Source of the DNA: a virus
IMG/VR virus record: IMGVR_UViG_3300024352_000023
Span: 19,146 to 83,145 of that record
DNA length: 64,000 nucleotides
Strand: one strand, 5' to 3'
The notes beneath the pieces are model-generated. The model was not told the DNA's origin, did not search any database, and saw only the letters and a list, made by a program, of their open reading frames with translations. This document shows, one piece after another, positions 53,725-62,897 of this stretch. Made by a program: the position numbers and the translations under genes. How positions within the stretch are numbered: the first letter of the stretch is position 1; every line of letters starts with the position of its first letter.

Positions 53725-54495
53725 ATGGCAAAAAAAGATAAACCCAAAGCTTCAAAACCTAAGGAGTCGGCTCCTCAACCACAAAAAGATCCAAAGCAAT
53801 TCCTTCAAAGCTTTGGATCTAAAATCAGCAAAGGCGAAGTTCAGAAATTTGAAGCCAACTTTCCTGATACTCCTTTAAAAAAAGTTTTTACGTATGCTAA
53901 AAAGAATAAAAATGTAAAGCTAAAAGGTGAAGCAAAATCTTATATTAAAAATAAAGGAAAGGTTGTTCCTGTTACTCCTGAAGAAGTTAATAAAGATTTA
54001 AGCGGTGGCGGTACTCGTCCAGGGGATGACGGTCGTGGCATTATCGGGATCCTCACGGATGAGCAAATTAAACTCGCTGATGTTCTTGGCGGGTACGACG
54101 TAAAAGTTGCTCAAATCGGTGCGGATGCAACTGTTAATTCCGCCAGTATTCGCGGTGAAGCTGACAAGTATGTTGCCGATGCTTATTCCGGAGCACAGCG
54201 TTACGGTGCTGAAAAAGAATTAGAAGGCACTAAATACTCCGCAGATAAAGAGTCGGAATGGCGCCAAGCCGTTGCCGGTATCGAAGTCAAGGGTCGCCTG
54301 GATCTCCAACCCATCATCAACGCTGGTCTTGAGAAGGTTGCTGGCATCGAAGCACAAGCAAGCCGTGACGTTGCTGACATCACTGGCAAGTACAACGTGG
54401 AAGGCATCAAGACTCGCGGTGAGTTTGATGAGAAGATCGGACGTATTAACTTGGCCGGCAGCATGTACGGCCTCATCAGTTCAGCCTTCGGCTAA
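53725..54495 (+). CDS. Probable virion protein with Lys-rich N-terminus
   Basis: 256 aa. Confidence 0.7.
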   Translation: MAKKDKPKASKPKESAPQPQKDPKQFLQSFGSKISKGEVQKFEANFPDTPLKKVFTYAKKNKNVKLKGEAKSYIKNKGKVVPVTPEEVNKDLSGGGTRPGDDGRGIIGILTDEQIKLADVLGGYDVKVAQIGADATVNSASIRGEADKYVADAYSGAQRYGAEKELEGTKYSADKESEWRQAVAGIEVKGRLDLQPIINAGLEKVAGIEAQASRDVADITGKYNVEGIKTRGEFDEKIGRINLAGSMYGLISSAFG

Positions 54496-54531
54496 TACTG
54501 ATTAAAATAGGTACATTACTTAGGGATACCA

Positions 54532-54705
54532 ATGACCAGTTCTACCACCTCTGGTACTTCTACTGATTACTTTGACATTTCCAAGTTCCAGCAACTGTTG
54601 GACAAACTGGAAGCATCAAAAGGTCGTCAAAAGCGTCAAGAAGCTTTAGAAGATCGTCGCGGTCAATTTGCCGCTGGTATTGCCAACGTCATGAGCAACT
54701 TCTGA
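54532..54705 (+). CDS. Small hypothetical protein
   Basis: Manually read 57 aa MTSSTTSGTSTDYFDISKFQQLLDKLEASKGRQ...; resembles the next gene (FDxxKy/fxQ). Confidence 0.65.
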   Translation: MTSSTTSGTSTDYFDISKFQQLLDKLEASKGRQKRQEALEDRRGQFAAGIANVMSNF

Positions 54706-54723
54706 TTTAAGGTATAGTAAACA

Positions 54724-54972
54724 ATGACAACCAGCGTACCCGCAGGTCAAACCGATGTTGATGATTGGTTTGATCTAGATAAATACAAGCAAGCTGCAGA
54801 GGTTGCTTACGGCTTCTCTAAGAAGAAGATGGAAGAGGCTGGCTTACAAGAACGTGAGACGATTGGTAAAGGTGCCACAGAACAAAGAACCTCTGCTGAA
54901 CAAGCCCAGCAGTTCAAGCAAGCGGACGAGGCCCGAGACTACAAGCAGGCCCAACGAGCTTATCGATATTGA
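54724..54972 (+). CDS. Hypothetical protein
   Basis: 82 aa. Confidence 0.65.
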   Translation: MTTSVPAGQTDVDDWFDLDKYKQAAEVAYGFSKKKMEEAGLQERETIGKGATEQRTSAEQAQQFKQADEARDYKQAQRAYRY

Positions 54973-55462
54973 GTTATTCGATCAGTGGGTCGATAACTTA
55001 ACGTCTTCTGACCAGGAGTTCTTCACGGACTTCGCCAAGAATACCTTCTCCATCATCGAGTGCTACCTCTACGCCAGGTTCCTTGGTTACAGGGGTAGCA
55101 TCACTGCGTGTGATCATTGGGTGCGTAAGCATTACCCCAAGCCTGATCATCGCAAGAAACTCCTGTACGAAATTGAAGAAATGCAGGAGGACATTCGTAA
55201 GCTGCGTGATGACGTAGATAACGGCATTGTGAAACGTGATGCTGGCGTGGCACGTATCGCTGGTATGCAAAAAGAATTACGTGGCACCATTGCACAGATT
55301 GAACAGTTTACGGGGAGCAGGGATCGCAAAGGTTTGCTGATGGCTGGAGCTGATCGAGCCATTCGTGAGTTGATGGCAATCTTCAAGGATGATCCAATTG
55401 AACTACCCCTGGAAGAAGCTTCAATGAGTGTGTGGGCTAAAATGCAATATGAAGAGAGTTAA
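54803..55462 (+). CDS. Hypothetical helical protein (terminase small subunit candidate); start uncertain
   Basis: Coiled-coil protein about 1 kb upstream of terL. Confidence 0.5.
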   Translation: MLTASLRRRWKRLAYKNVRRLVKVPQNKEPLLNKPSSSSKRTRPETTSRPNELIDIELFDQWVDNLTSSDQEFFTDFAKNTFSIIECYLYARFLGYRGSITACDHWVRKHYPKPDHRKKLLYEIEEMQEDIRKLRDDVDNGIVKRDAGVARIAGMQKELRGTIAQIEQFTGSRDRKGLLMAGADRAIRELMAIFKDDPIELPLEEASMSVWAKMQYEES

Positions 55463-55474
55463 TCAACTCAATCA

Positions 55475-55780
55475 ATGAATCCTTCTCCGCAAAGTCAATC
55501 TGCACCAGATGCTCGTCTTGCGGGTGGGATGATTAACATCGTTCAGCAACTTCAGCGGAATCGAGATCGATTTAGTGGTGCCCGCAAATTACAGGGTGCT
55601 CCAATCGGGGGAGAAGCTCAAGAAGGAGCAGAAGTCCTTAACGCCTTACGCAATAGAAAAGCTGATGTCCAAGAACAAAATGCCTCCCGAACTCCTGGCG
55701 CACTTCAAGGGAAAGGGCGAGAAGAACAAGGACGGGAGCGAAATGTCGGACAACCAAAAGCGCAAAGCAGCTTTAGATAA
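55475..55780 (+). CDS. Hypothetical protein
   Basis: 101 aa, Gln/Gly/Arg-rich. Confidence 0.55.
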   Translation: MNPSPQSQSAPDARLAGGMINIVQQLQRNRDRFSGARKLQGAPIGGEAQEGAEVLNALRNRKADVQEQNASRTPGALQGKGREEQGRERNVGQPKAQSSFR

Positions 55781-55826
55781 GGCACGTAAGTATCAAGATC
55801 AAAATCGTAAGAAAGGCAAAGAGTAA
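55665..55826 (+). CDS. Small basic protein
   Basis: MSKNKMPPELLAHFK...; coupled to the next gene. Confidence 0.6.
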   Translation: MSKNKMPPELLAHFKGKGEKNKDGSEMSDNQKRKAALDKARKYQDQNRKKGKE

Positions 55827-56584
55827 TGCCATACACCGACGAAGAATATAAAATCATTAATAGCGTCTACGATGCGTTTGCTCCTCAGCGCAGCTCCATT
55901 ACATCTGCGCGTGCAGCAAATCCTGAAAAGTGGTTTGATTATCAAGATCAACTTAAAGCCTTAGATGCACAGGTAAAGTCCGCGTACGAAAAGGCAATTG
56001 AAGATTACAGAAGCAAGTCTTCTGGTTCTGGTAGCGAAGCCCAAAATTTCTTTGATCAATACACAGACGGAATTGCACAAGCAAATACAAATACCGACGA
56101 AGGTTTAGATAAGCTTCTTAAAGATACAGAAGAGTTAATTCTCCCTGGAGAAGGCTTTACAGGTCCTTACGATCAGAAAGGCAATCCGACAGGATTTGGA
56201 GGAACCGTAAAAGAAGCCTCTGGCCCTAGAGGTGAAAACCTTGGCGAAATTGCAGCAGAGTATGGTAGTGCCAGAAAAGAAAAACCCCAGTGGTTAAAAG
56301 ATATTGAACGTCAAGTACCACCAGGTAAAGGTTTTACTGGTCCTTATGATCAATTTGGTAATCCAACCGGAGTAGGTGGCACTGTCAAACAAGCCGCTGA
56401 AGAAGAAAATACTGACTACTCTATTGCAACTGCTTTGAGTGGTTCCGACGAACAACGTCAACAACAAACATATCAAGCGGAGTACGATCCACAGAAAGCT
56501 CAAACTGCGAGTGCAGCAGCTAAAGCGTATAAAAAGGCAGCTTCTACAGAAGATCCTTTCCGCAATCAAGCTGCATTCGGCTAG
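55826..56584 (+). CDS. Hypothetical protein with a 25-aa internal duplication
   Basis: PGxGFTGPYDQxGNPTGxGGTVKxA occurs twice. Confidence 0.7.
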   Translation: MPYTDEEYKIINSVYDAFAPQRSSITSARAANPEKWFDYQDQLKALDAQVKSAYEKAIEDYRSKSSGSGSEAQNFFDQYTDGIAQANTNTDEGLDKLLKDTEELILPGEGFTGPYDQKGNPTGFGGTVKEASGPRGENLGEIAAEYGSARKEKPQWLKDIERQVPPGKGFTGPYDQFGNPTGVGGTVKQAAEEENTDYSIATALSGSDEQRQQQTYQAEYDPQKAQTASAAAKAYKKAASTEDPFRNQAAFG

Positions 56585-56604
56585 TATTTAGTCACTACCG
56601 GTGA

Positions 56605-58140
56605 TTGAATCTAGTGCCTGCATATCAACACCTTGCATATAGGCGTAATGCTCGTGCGGCTGCACGTAGGCAACAGATTCGTCCAGCAAAAAATCTTGAA
56701 ACCTTGCAGCAGGCAAGGGAAGATTTTGGCTTCTTTTGTGATTATGTAGCTGATAAACCTCCTGCTGAACACCACAAAGAATGGCACCGGCACTTTGTGA
56801 CGCAAGAGGACAGCAGTTGTCTACTTAAGATTGCTGGACCTAACATTGACCTTCTTGCGCCACGGGGTTCAGCGAAGAGCACCATCCTTGGTTTGTTTAC
56901 GGCATGGGCGATTGGCATCCATACGATGGCCAAGAAGCCACTGCAGATCCTGTATCTGTCTTATACCGTTGATATTGCACGCTCCAAGTCGGCAACCATC
57001 AAACGGATTATTGAAAGCAAGCGGTATCAAGAAGTTTTCCCAACCGTACGTCTTCTGAAGAATGTCACCAGTAATGAGTACTGGTCCATTGATCATAAGT
57101 TTGCTGGCATCGACACCACTGGTGAAGAACAATTCACACTTTGCGCAGCAGGTCTTAAAGGTTCGGTGACCTCCAAGCGTTCTCACTTGGTCATCATCGA
57201 TGACGCCATCAAGTCTGCAGCTGATATTTCCAATCCTGACATCCGTAAACAGATGCAGGACAACTGGAATGCGGTGATTGCACCCACCATGTTTGAAGGT
57301 GCCAGGGCAATTTGTCTTGGTACCCGCTTCCGTCACGACGACATTCATTCAACGACATTCAATCCACAGAACAATTGGATGCAGATTGTGTTGTCTGCAA
57401 TCTTGAATGATCCCAAGACAGGGGAGGAAAAGTCTTACTGGCCAGAGATGTGGTCCCTGGATTACTTGCGTGAGAAGAAACGGCAAGCACCGATTGCTTT
57501 CTCATTCCAGTACATGAATCAGATCGTCAGACAGAACGAGCTGTCCCTGGCGCCTGAACTGATTGTTAAAGCTGAGATTGCTACGGAATTTGATGCGCTT
57601 GGCATTGGTGTTGACCTTTCTGCTGGTACAAAAGAAAAGAATGACTACACCGTGATGGTCTTGGGTGGACGTATTGGAGATGCCGTTCACATTATTGATT
57701 ACCGTAGGCTTCGGGTAATGGGTAACCTTGAAAAGCTGGATGCCCTTAAGGAGCTTCTCAACGACTGGTCGATCCTCGGCAAGGATGATAACGGCAATTA
57801 CTTCCCCACCTACTCCACGTGCGACATCTGGAGTGAAGCAGTTCAGTACCAGGCTTCCCTGGAGGCCGACTTCAAGCGAGTTTGTTTGACCAATGAGAGT
57901 TTGTATAACTTGATCTGGCACCCCGTGAAAGGATTCCGGTCAGATAAGTTGGCACGTTTCCGTGGCATTATGGGCATGTTTGAAGATCGGAAGATTATCT
58001 TTAATCGCTTCCGCAACTTCACAGCAATGTTTGAGGAACTGACTAACTTTGGTGTTAGTAGCCATGATGACTGTGTTGATGCATTGGTGTGGCTTGTGAC
58101 CGGCTTGGCACGGAAAGGTCAGCTTCAAATTGATTACTAA
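56605..58140 (+). CDS. terL: Terminase large subunit
   Basis: APRGSAKST Walker A, VIIDD Walker B, LGTRF, GVDLS and HDDCVDAL nuclease motifs. Confidence 0.93.
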   Translation: MNLVPAYQHLAYRRNARAAARRQQIRPAKNLETLQQAREDFGFFCDYVADKPPAEHHKEWHRHFVTQEDSSCLLKIAGPNIDLLAPRGSAKSTILGLFTAWAIGIHTMAKKPLQILYLSYTVDIARSKSATIKRIIESKRYQEVFPTVRLLKNVTSNEYWSIDHKFAGIDTTGEEQFTLCAAGLKGSVTSKRSHLVIIDDAIKSAADISNPDIRKQMQDNWNAVIAPTMFEGARAICLGTRFRHDDIHSTTFNPQNNWMQIVLSAILNDPKTGEEKSYWPEMWSLDYLREKKRQAPIAFSFQYMNQIVRQNELSLAPELIVKAEIATEFDALGIGVDLSAGTKEKNDYTVMVLGGRIGDAVHIIDYRRLRVMGNLEKLDALKELLNDWSILGKDDNGNYFPTYSTCDIWSEAVQYQASLEADFKRVCLTNESLYNLIWHPVKGFRSDKLARFRGIMGMFEDRKIIFNRFRNFTAMFEELTNFGVSSHDDCVDALVWLVTGLARKGQLQIDY

Positions 58141-58173
58141 ACTTAGAATAAAAAGAAAAGTAATAACGCCGCC

Positions 58174-58470
58174 GTGGGTCCGGAGTACATAGCAATTGGC
58201 CTTACAGCCATTGTATCTGCTGTTACAGGTGGATCCTGGGCGGCGAATAAAATACTTGATAGGCAGCAGGAGAGAGTCCAGCAGGCCTTTGATTACATTG
58301 GATCTCAAAAACGTAGGATTGACATCTTGGAAGACCAAATCAACCGTATGCCAATGGAATACGTTCTCAAGGTTGACTTCTTAAGAGAGATCCAGGAGAT
58401 GCATAGCAACTTCCGTGAAATAAACAATAAACTTGATAAGCTAATGGAGAAAATACTCTCGGCCAAATGA
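58174..58470 (+). CDS. TM plus coiled-coil protein
   Basis: GTG start, N-terminal TM, MPMEYVLKVDF...KLDKL. Confidence 0.65.
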   Translation: MGPEYIAIGLTAIVSAVTGGSWAANKILDRQQERVQQAFDYIGSQKRRIDILEDQINRMPMEYVLKVDFLREIQEMHSNFREINNKLDKLMEKILSAK

Positions 58471-58649
58471 GTTACATTCTTGAAGTCTTAGAGGACGACA
58501 ACGGGGATCAATACATCATCTTTCCAGATGAAGTAACAGAAGAACTTGGTTGGCAAGAAGGCGATCTTCTCAACTGGGATGTACGAGGCGACGGTATCAT
58601 CATCTCTAAAGTTAACGATCCTTCTGGCTACGAAGTCATAGAAGATTAA
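58467..58649 (+). CDS. AbrB/MazE-like small DNA-binding protein
   Basis: IIFPDEV.EELGWQEGDLLNW. Confidence 0.65.
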   Translation: MSYILEVLEDDNGDQYIIFPDEVTEELGWQEGDLLNWDVRGDGIIISKVNDPSGYEVIED

Positions 58650-58672
58650 AATAAAGGAACGTAGGAGAAGGT

Positions 58673-58906
58673 ATGGATTTCGAATTGGCTGGTCGTTATT
58701 TTGGCAGTGCGTTTGGCTCGGCACCTGTCGACTTATTAATGCAAGTACAGCCAACGGAAGACCTTCCGATGAAAGCGTATGAAACGATGGGACAGATCAC
58801 GTCTCCTCGTGTGCCATCTCCGTTAAAAGCATATGATTTTGTTGCGCCCAAACGTCAGGCTGGTCGCTTCTCTACAGAGCCACTGAGCAAAAGAAAAGCC
58901 AGGTAA
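58673..58906 (+). CDS. Small protein carrying LAGRY
   Basis: AGGAG RBS; MDFELAGRYF. Confidence 0.65.
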   Translation: MDFELAGRYFGSAFGSAPVDLLMQVQPTEDLPMKAYETMGQITSPRVPSPLKAYDFVAPKRQAGRFSTEPLSKRKAR

Positions 58907-58932
58907 AATAAAGAGATTACAACCATAGATAA

Positions 58933-59553
58933 ATGATACGTTATTACGGCGAGAGTAATGTCCCTGGTGCACCAGGACAATCTTTCCTTGCTGGCGGTAA
59001 TTTCATAGGTGGTCAAGGATTACAAATTAATCCTGAACCTCACAATCAAATGAAGCGTCAGCAAAAGATTTACAACAAAGGAATGGGTACTGACAACCCA
59101 AACGAAAAAGAGATCTTCCTCCGTCGTACCGGACCTCAACTTCCGTTAGCCCAAGCATTCCCTGGTATGGCTGCAGGCCAAGCAATGGGTAATGCCGGCG
59201 CTTTAGGTGGTGGTATGGGCATGGGTCCCGCTTTTGGTCCTAGGCCTTTTAACGTTGATGTCAACGCTGTTGATGATCGCCTTGAGTCCATTGGTGGTAG
59301 CACCAACATTCAACTTGATCGTAATCAAACCTTACGTCTAGGCGGAAGCTTCAATCCTGCTTACACAGATCCAATGGGCATGCAGATGCCACAAGGTTTT
59401 TCCCTGCAGGGTTCCTATGAAACTCCAGGTATTGGTATTAACGTCAATTATCGCAATACTGGGCGCGGTCGTGGTCCGCAAGGTATGCCTGGAATGGGCG
59501 GACCTGGTGGATTCCCTGGTGAAATTCAAGCAGGTTTTCGTGGAAAATTTTGA
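58933..59553 (+). CDS. Gly/Met/Pro-rich hypothetical protein
   Basis: 206 aa. Confidence 0.65.
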   Translation: MIRYYGESNVPGAPGQSFLAGGNFIGGQGLQINPEPHNQMKRQQKIYNKGMGTDNPNEKEIFLRRTGPQLPLAQAFPGMAAGQAMGNAGALGGGMGMGPAFGPRPFNVDVNAVDDRLESIGGSTNIQLDRNQTLRLGGSFNPAYTDPMGMQMPQGFSLQGSYETPGIGINVNYRNTGRGRGPQGMPGMGGPGGFPGEIQAGFRGKF

Positions 59554-59601
59554 TAAACACAAATAAAGAAAACTGCTACCATTAAAAGAAAAGGGGAATA
59601 G

Positions 59602-61887
59602 TTGATGGCTGACGCTAAGGCCAGGCTTCAAGAAATCATCAATGCCTATCTTGATAAAGATAGCAACATTGTTGTTGATACTGGCATTGTTGCGTCCCAC
59701 ATTGCTCAGATGAAACTCTTTGGCATCCGCCAAGGAGTTGAGTTCTTCCCGACCCAGGACAACTTCGGTGCACAACGCAAGGATTTCCTTGATCGTGTAC
59801 TGAAGTACAACAAGATGGATACACGCCTGGATTCTATCTGGGAGTATTTCCTTTGTGATGGCCAAGGGCTTTTCTATATTCGTCCAACCAAAAACAACTA
59901 CCGCCTCTATTACTTCCGTCAGCACGAATACCGTTCGTACTACAACGTCGACGGTGAGCTTGATGAGGTGGTGATCATCTATAGCTATAAGGTCAAGCGC
60001 GGCAACGGGTTTGGCGATCAGATCAATACCACCAACATTACAGGGTCTAGCTCCACATACAACCCTGGAGCAAAACGCTACATTCGTTTGTCGATCAAAG
60101 CAAACGAAATTGAAGAGACGCATTCAGAAGGTGAACTCACCTTTGATATGCCCACTTACTCAATGACAGGTAACACCAAGAAGTTACGTAACTCCCTTGG
60201 TTTCATTCCCTGCGTTGAGATCTTCAATAATCCTCAAGGCTTCTCATCGGAAGGCATCGGTGACTTTGATTCCATGGCGAATCACATCGTCACCCATGAC
60301 GACTTGATGCGGACGATTCGCAAGAACATTACCTTCTTTGGTAATCCGACTCTGCTGTCGTCTCGTCCCAAGACTGACCTGATTGAGTCCGGTGGCGACT
60401 CTGTGGTTCAGCGTCCATCGATTGCAGCGAACTCTGGTTTTGCAAGTCCGTCTCCCATGAGTCGGTCGATGTTCAAAGCTGATCCTGTCAGCCGTGGTGT
60501 TGATGGTCAGCTCAGGGTGCCGCGTGTGATCGCAAACCTGGAGCCTAACGACCGAGTTGGTTACATCGTCCCAGATGCCATCACTGGTGACCAAAACTCT
60601 TTCGCTCGCCAATACCGGGAAGAGATTCGTACTGCCCTTGGTGGTGTGGACGAACTTTCGATTTCAGCTGGTGTTACTGCAACGGAATACAAATCACTCT
60701 TCGGTCGTGTTGCTGCAACATCAAAGAAAAAAGCAAATGCTATTTACACACATGGCATCTGCAGGTGCCTTGAACTAATTATTTATCAAGAAGAACAGCT
60801 TTTCCGTTCCACTTTGGCTGCAGCTGCTGGTATCGAGAAGCCAGTACCTCTGCCTCCTGGCGCACCAGCAGAAGCTGAGCAAGGTTATCAAGACGCATTG
60901 CAAGCGTACAACGACCAGCTCAAGAAACTTATGATGGCGTTAATTGAGACCCAGATGATTCCACCCGGAGTTACTGGTCTCATACCGGATGGTGATGTAA
61001 CCGTCCAGTGGCGCTGGTTGGGTCCCGTTTACGAAGACTCGACTCAGGATATCCTGAACAACTCCATTGTTGTAAGAAACTTACAAGAGTTAGGTGTTGA
61101 TAGCATTGAAGCACTGAAATACCTCTTCCCGTCTAAGACGGATGAGGAACGGGCCTCGATGCTCTCGGGATTCCCGTTCAGGATGGTGAACGAATTACAG
61201 GGTGCATACTCTCAATTCGCTCGCCTTGTGGGGGGAATGATGCAGACTCCTCACCCGCAAGCACCGGATCTTCCGATGGCTGCGGATCCAAGATTGGATT
61301 TAACTCCATATCTGTATCGAACATTAGAAGCTCTACAAAAGGAGATGAGTTATGCAGGACGCTACCGTCCAATCGATCCCACAGACGAGCCCGGTTCCGG
61401 CAGCGGTGGCTCCCAGCAGCTACGTGGCACCAGCACCCAGCAGCTACCAAGCAGCTCCGAACCAGGGTCCAGTGGCGTATCAGGTGGGTACCAGCTACCC
61501 GCAAGCAGTACCGCAGGCGGCCCCCAGTTACCAATCCGCCCCTACTCAGTACGCCCCCCAATCCCAATCGGAGGCGACGGGCAATCCATGGGAATCGGCG
61601 TTCAACAAGGTGGTGAACCTGCTGAGCAGTCCGGTTCAATCCCCGTTCCAGGGTCAACCCTCTCAGACGACGCAATTCAGCCCAGCCAATTACGGCCAAG
61701 TCAGCGCCCAGGGTACGCAACAATCGGCTCCGCAGACCTGGCAAGCCAACCCGACATCCTCGCCCAACTCTTCCCCAACCTCCTCTCAAGTATCCTTGGA
61801 GCAGGTGGCGGATCTGCTCCAGTGGAGTCCGGAAAGCCGGTACGTGGTAAGCGCGTACGGCGTGGAAGCTCCCGCAATTCTCAATAA
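59602..61887 (+). CDS. Portal protein (probable), with low-complexity C-terminal overlap region
   Basis: Size and position between terL and the scaffold/capsid genes; N.LGFIPCVEIFNNP....EG.GD motif. Confidence 0.7.
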   Translation: MMADAKARLQEIINAYLDKDSNIVVDTGIVASHIAQMKLFGIRQGVEFFPTQDNFGAQRKDFLDRVLKYNKMDTRLDSIWEYFLCDGQGLFYIRPTKNNYRLYYFRQHEYRSYYNVDGELDEVVIIYSYKVKRGNGFGDQINTTNITGSSSTYNPGAKRYIRLSIKANEIEETHSEGELTFDMPTYSMTGNTKKLRNSLGFIPCVEIFNNPQGFSSEGIGDFDSMANHIVTHDDLMRTIRKNITFFGNPTLLSSRPKTDLIESGGDSVVQRPSIAANSGFASPSPMSRSMFKADPVSRGVDGQLRVPRVIANLEPNDRVGYIVPDAITGDQNSFARQYREEIRTALGGVDELSISAGVTATEYKSLFGRVAATSKKKANAIYTHGICRCLELIIYQEEQLFRSTLAAAAGIEKPVPLPPGAPAEAEQGYQDALQAYNDQLKKLMMALIETQMIPPGVTGLIPDGDVTVQWRWLGPVYEDSTQDILNNSIVVRNLQELGVDSIEALKYLFPSKTDEERASMLSGFPFRMVNELQGAYSQFARLVGGMMQTPHPQAPDLPMAADPRLDLTPYLYRTLEALQKEMSYAGRYRPIDPTDEPGSGSGGSQQLRGTSTQQLPSSSEPGSSGVSGGYQLPASSTAGGPQLPIRPYSVRPPIPIGGDGQSMGIGVQQGGEPAEQSGSIPVPGSTLSDDAIQPSQLRPSQRPGYATIGSADLASQPDILAQLFPNLLSSILGAGGGSAPVESGKPVRGKRVRRGSSRNSQ

Positions 61888-62311
61888 CTATGCCCTCCAA
61901 CTGGAAGGCATGCTGGATAGTGCAGTTGCCTGGGGCACCGAAGCCAAAGATCTGATCGAACAGTACGCCGAGTTTGCCGTCAACGAGCGTCAAGAGAACC
62001 AGGCTTACAACCAGATCCTGACCAACCCTGACATTCTCAGCGATTACACCCTCCAGTTCTTCGGTCCTGAAGGTCCGTACCCTGTGTACGAAAGCGAAGC
62101 TGAGCTTGCCACCCCTGGTTACCCAACCGAAATGGTGGATCCCAACACTGGTTACATGCCTGCTCCTCCTTCGGCTTCTGCTCCTCAGCAGCCCGAAAAC
62201 TTCTGGGGTACCTTCAAGCAGCAGATGGATTTCGATCCCAGCCAAGCTTGGCGCATTCTGAACCAAGCTCAGCCTCAAGTTGTTGCTAACAAACTCTTTG
62301 TGATGGAGTGA
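61352..62311 (+). CDS. Capsid scaffolding protein (probable)
   Basis: GGAG RBS; Gln/Pro/Ser-rich N-terminus, acidic helical core; upstream of the capsid gene. Confidence 0.6.
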   Translation: MQDATVQSIPQTSPVPAAVAPSSYVAPAPSSYQAAPNQGPVAYQVGTSYPQAVPQAAPSYQSAPTQYAPQSQSEATGNPWESAFNKVVNLLSSPVQSPFQGQPSQTTQFSPANYGQVSAQGTQQSAPQTWQANPTSSPNSSPTSSQVSLEQVADLLQWSPESRYVVSAYGVEAPAILNNYALQLEGMLDSAVAWGTEAKDLIEQYAEFAVNERQENQAYNQILTNPDILSDYTLQFFGPEGPYPVYESEAELATPGYPTEMVDPNTGYMPAPPSASAPQQPENFWGTFKQQMDFDPSQAWRILNQAQPQVVANKLFVME

Positions 62312-62315
62312 GGCC

Positions 62316-62897
62316 ATGCGTGGCTCTCTTAAATATGGTGTTCCTATTGCAGCTGGTTTAGGTACCGCTGCTTATGGCGCCGCACAAGGAGCCGAGCCTG
62401 GAGAAGCTGCACTGATGGGTGGCGCTGCCACCCTTGGCGGTGCAGCTGGACTTCTTGGAGCTCGTGCACTTGCAGGTAAATATAATCCTGCATTGATTGC
62501 TGCAGCACAAAAACAAGTCACTCAACTTGGCAACAAAATTGGTGACGTAGCACGTGATCTTCCAGCCGAAGGTTTACGGCGTAAAGCAGCTAATGTTGCA
62601 GCTGATGTGGTTTCTGCAGCAGATACTCGGTTGTTTGGTGATCCCCTGGCTGGTGTATCGGCAGCAATTCCGTTCCCAACTCAAGGTGTTCAACGCAACA
62701 TCGGTAAAGGTATTGCGGCTGGTTTAGTTCCGGCTTCTGCTCTAGCAGCAGGCGTGGGCGGTATGGCAGCAGCTCAGATCCCTGGAGCCCTTGGTGTACC
62801 AGGTTTTGTTCAACAGCCTGCCCTTGATCCCGAGTCTTACGGTTCTAGCAATTCTCTGGGTGCTCGTTACAAAGCTCCCACTATGCAGTACGTGTAA
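62316..62897 (+). CDS. Ala/Gly-rich probable virion protein (LAGKY)
   Basis: 193 aa with glycine zippers. Confidence 0.65.
   Translation: MRGSLKYGVPIAAGLGTAAYGAAQGAEPGEAALMGGAATLGGAAGLLGARALAGKYNPALIAAAQKQVTQLGNKIGDVARDLPAEGLRRKAANVAADVVSAADTRLFGDPLAGVSAAIPFPTQGVQRNIGKGIAAGLVPASALAAGVGGMAAAQIPGALGVPGFVQQPALDPESYGSSNSLGARYKAPTMQYV

Noticed and set aside
54724-55462. Tail-chaperone-type -1 programmed frameshift
   Set aside because: The frames differ by +1, there is no XXXYYYZ slippery site, and in-frame GTG/TTG starts exist
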